Below, in pieces: positions 63,491 through 64,000 of a stretch of DNA of 64,000 nucleotides (positions are counted from its first letter, which is position 1; the number at the start of each line of letters is the position of its first letter). The translations under genes were made by a program, and so were the position numbers. The DNA is from an uncultured virus (IMG/VR IMGVR_UViG_2630968701_000001) (taxonomy: Duplodnaviria; Heunggongvirae; Uroviricota; Caudoviricetes): IMG/VR virus record IMGVR_UViG_2630968701_000001; one strand, written 5' to 3'. The notes beneath the pieces were generated by a model. The model saw nothing but the letters and a program-made list of their open reading frames with translations. It ran no database searches and was not told the origin of the DNA.

Positions 63491-63614
63491 ATGCTTTCTC
63501 CTTTATATAAAATTTGATTTGATTTTTCTTTTCAATATAAATATGAAAGATTTCAAAAGAAAAAATTTTCACATATAAAAAAAAGCTCCAAAAGTAAGGA
63601 ACTTTTTCTTATGA

Positions 63615-64000
63615 TTACATGATTGTGATACGATCGATCATGACATCCTGATAATGAACTATCTTTCCATCATGTTCTTTTTGTTGATTTGTCAGATAGC
63701 ATTCCAGATGAAGCTGATCACCAACTCTTAATTTATCAACGACACGCTGCGCATTTGGCATATTACGATAACAAGTAACATAGCTTCTTCGATCATCTAT
63801 AATAGTTAAAATCGTCATACGAACGATATTTCCAGATAATCTATAAATATTAACCAGTTCTCCTTCTAAGACCCCACGGTTGATCGGGTTTGGAAATCTT
63901 GATAGTTCATCAAAATCTCCAGGGATCGGATCAACTCTCTCCAGTGTTTGAACAAAAGATTCCTGATGGTATCTCTTTCCTGTAGACCCGTCTTCATTTC
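63615..64000 (-). CDS. SSB-like OB-fold protein, C-terminal part (open to window edge)
   Basis: Frame open upstream of the track start: NRGVLEGELVN...LRVGDQLHLECYL...YQDVMID. Confidence 0.6.
   Translation of the reverse strand, partial: NEDGSTGKRYHQESFVQTLERVDPIPGDFDELSRFPNPINRGVLEGELVNIYRLSGNIVRMTILTIIDDRRSYVTCYRNMPNAQRVVDKLRVGDQLHLECYLTNQQKEHDGKIVHYQDVMIDRITIM

Noticed and set aside
455..63576. Motif as integron attC or dif/lox site
   Set aside because: Not adopted as the main call: no recombinase in window, variable spacer, strict position before RBS and single-box copies fit a promoter better; kept as an alternative
1..64000. Prophage
   Set aside because: Phage-like small genes but no structural, terminase, lysis or integrase genes in the window; a phage-plasmid cannot be excluded from this window alone

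Overview
Low-GC segment of a large Firmicutes (Clostridia-like) conjugative element, most likely a plasmid. Right half (35-64 kb): MOBV-type relaxase, Gram-positive type IV secretion genes (CD1108-like wall hydrolase, VirB4, PrgI, VirB6-like, two pilin-like genes, VirD4 followed by three degenerate VirD4 paralogues), RecD2, a ParM/ParR-like pair and an SSB-like gene. Left half (1-33.8 kb): a co-oriented array of small, often paralogous, phage-like genes (RecU, Xre HTH, orphan Panacea antitoxin, radical SAM, second RecD2) invaded by four tnpB-only IS200/IS605 elements, two miniature IS derivatives and a group IIC intron. The main unexplained structure is a 36-37 bp bipartite motif (ATATGTGAAAA-N-TCTCATATTT in the direction of transcription) at the head of almost every transcription unit: 15 full copies and about 15 copies with only the downstream box. 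Three unrelated tnpB elements carry this motif inside their own left ends. Other unexplained structures: a 0.8 kb array of TGCATCA-N6-TGATGCA palindromes upstream of the relaxase, and a candidate small RNA plus small peptide locus. All calls come from reading the sequence by eye; no database searches were run.
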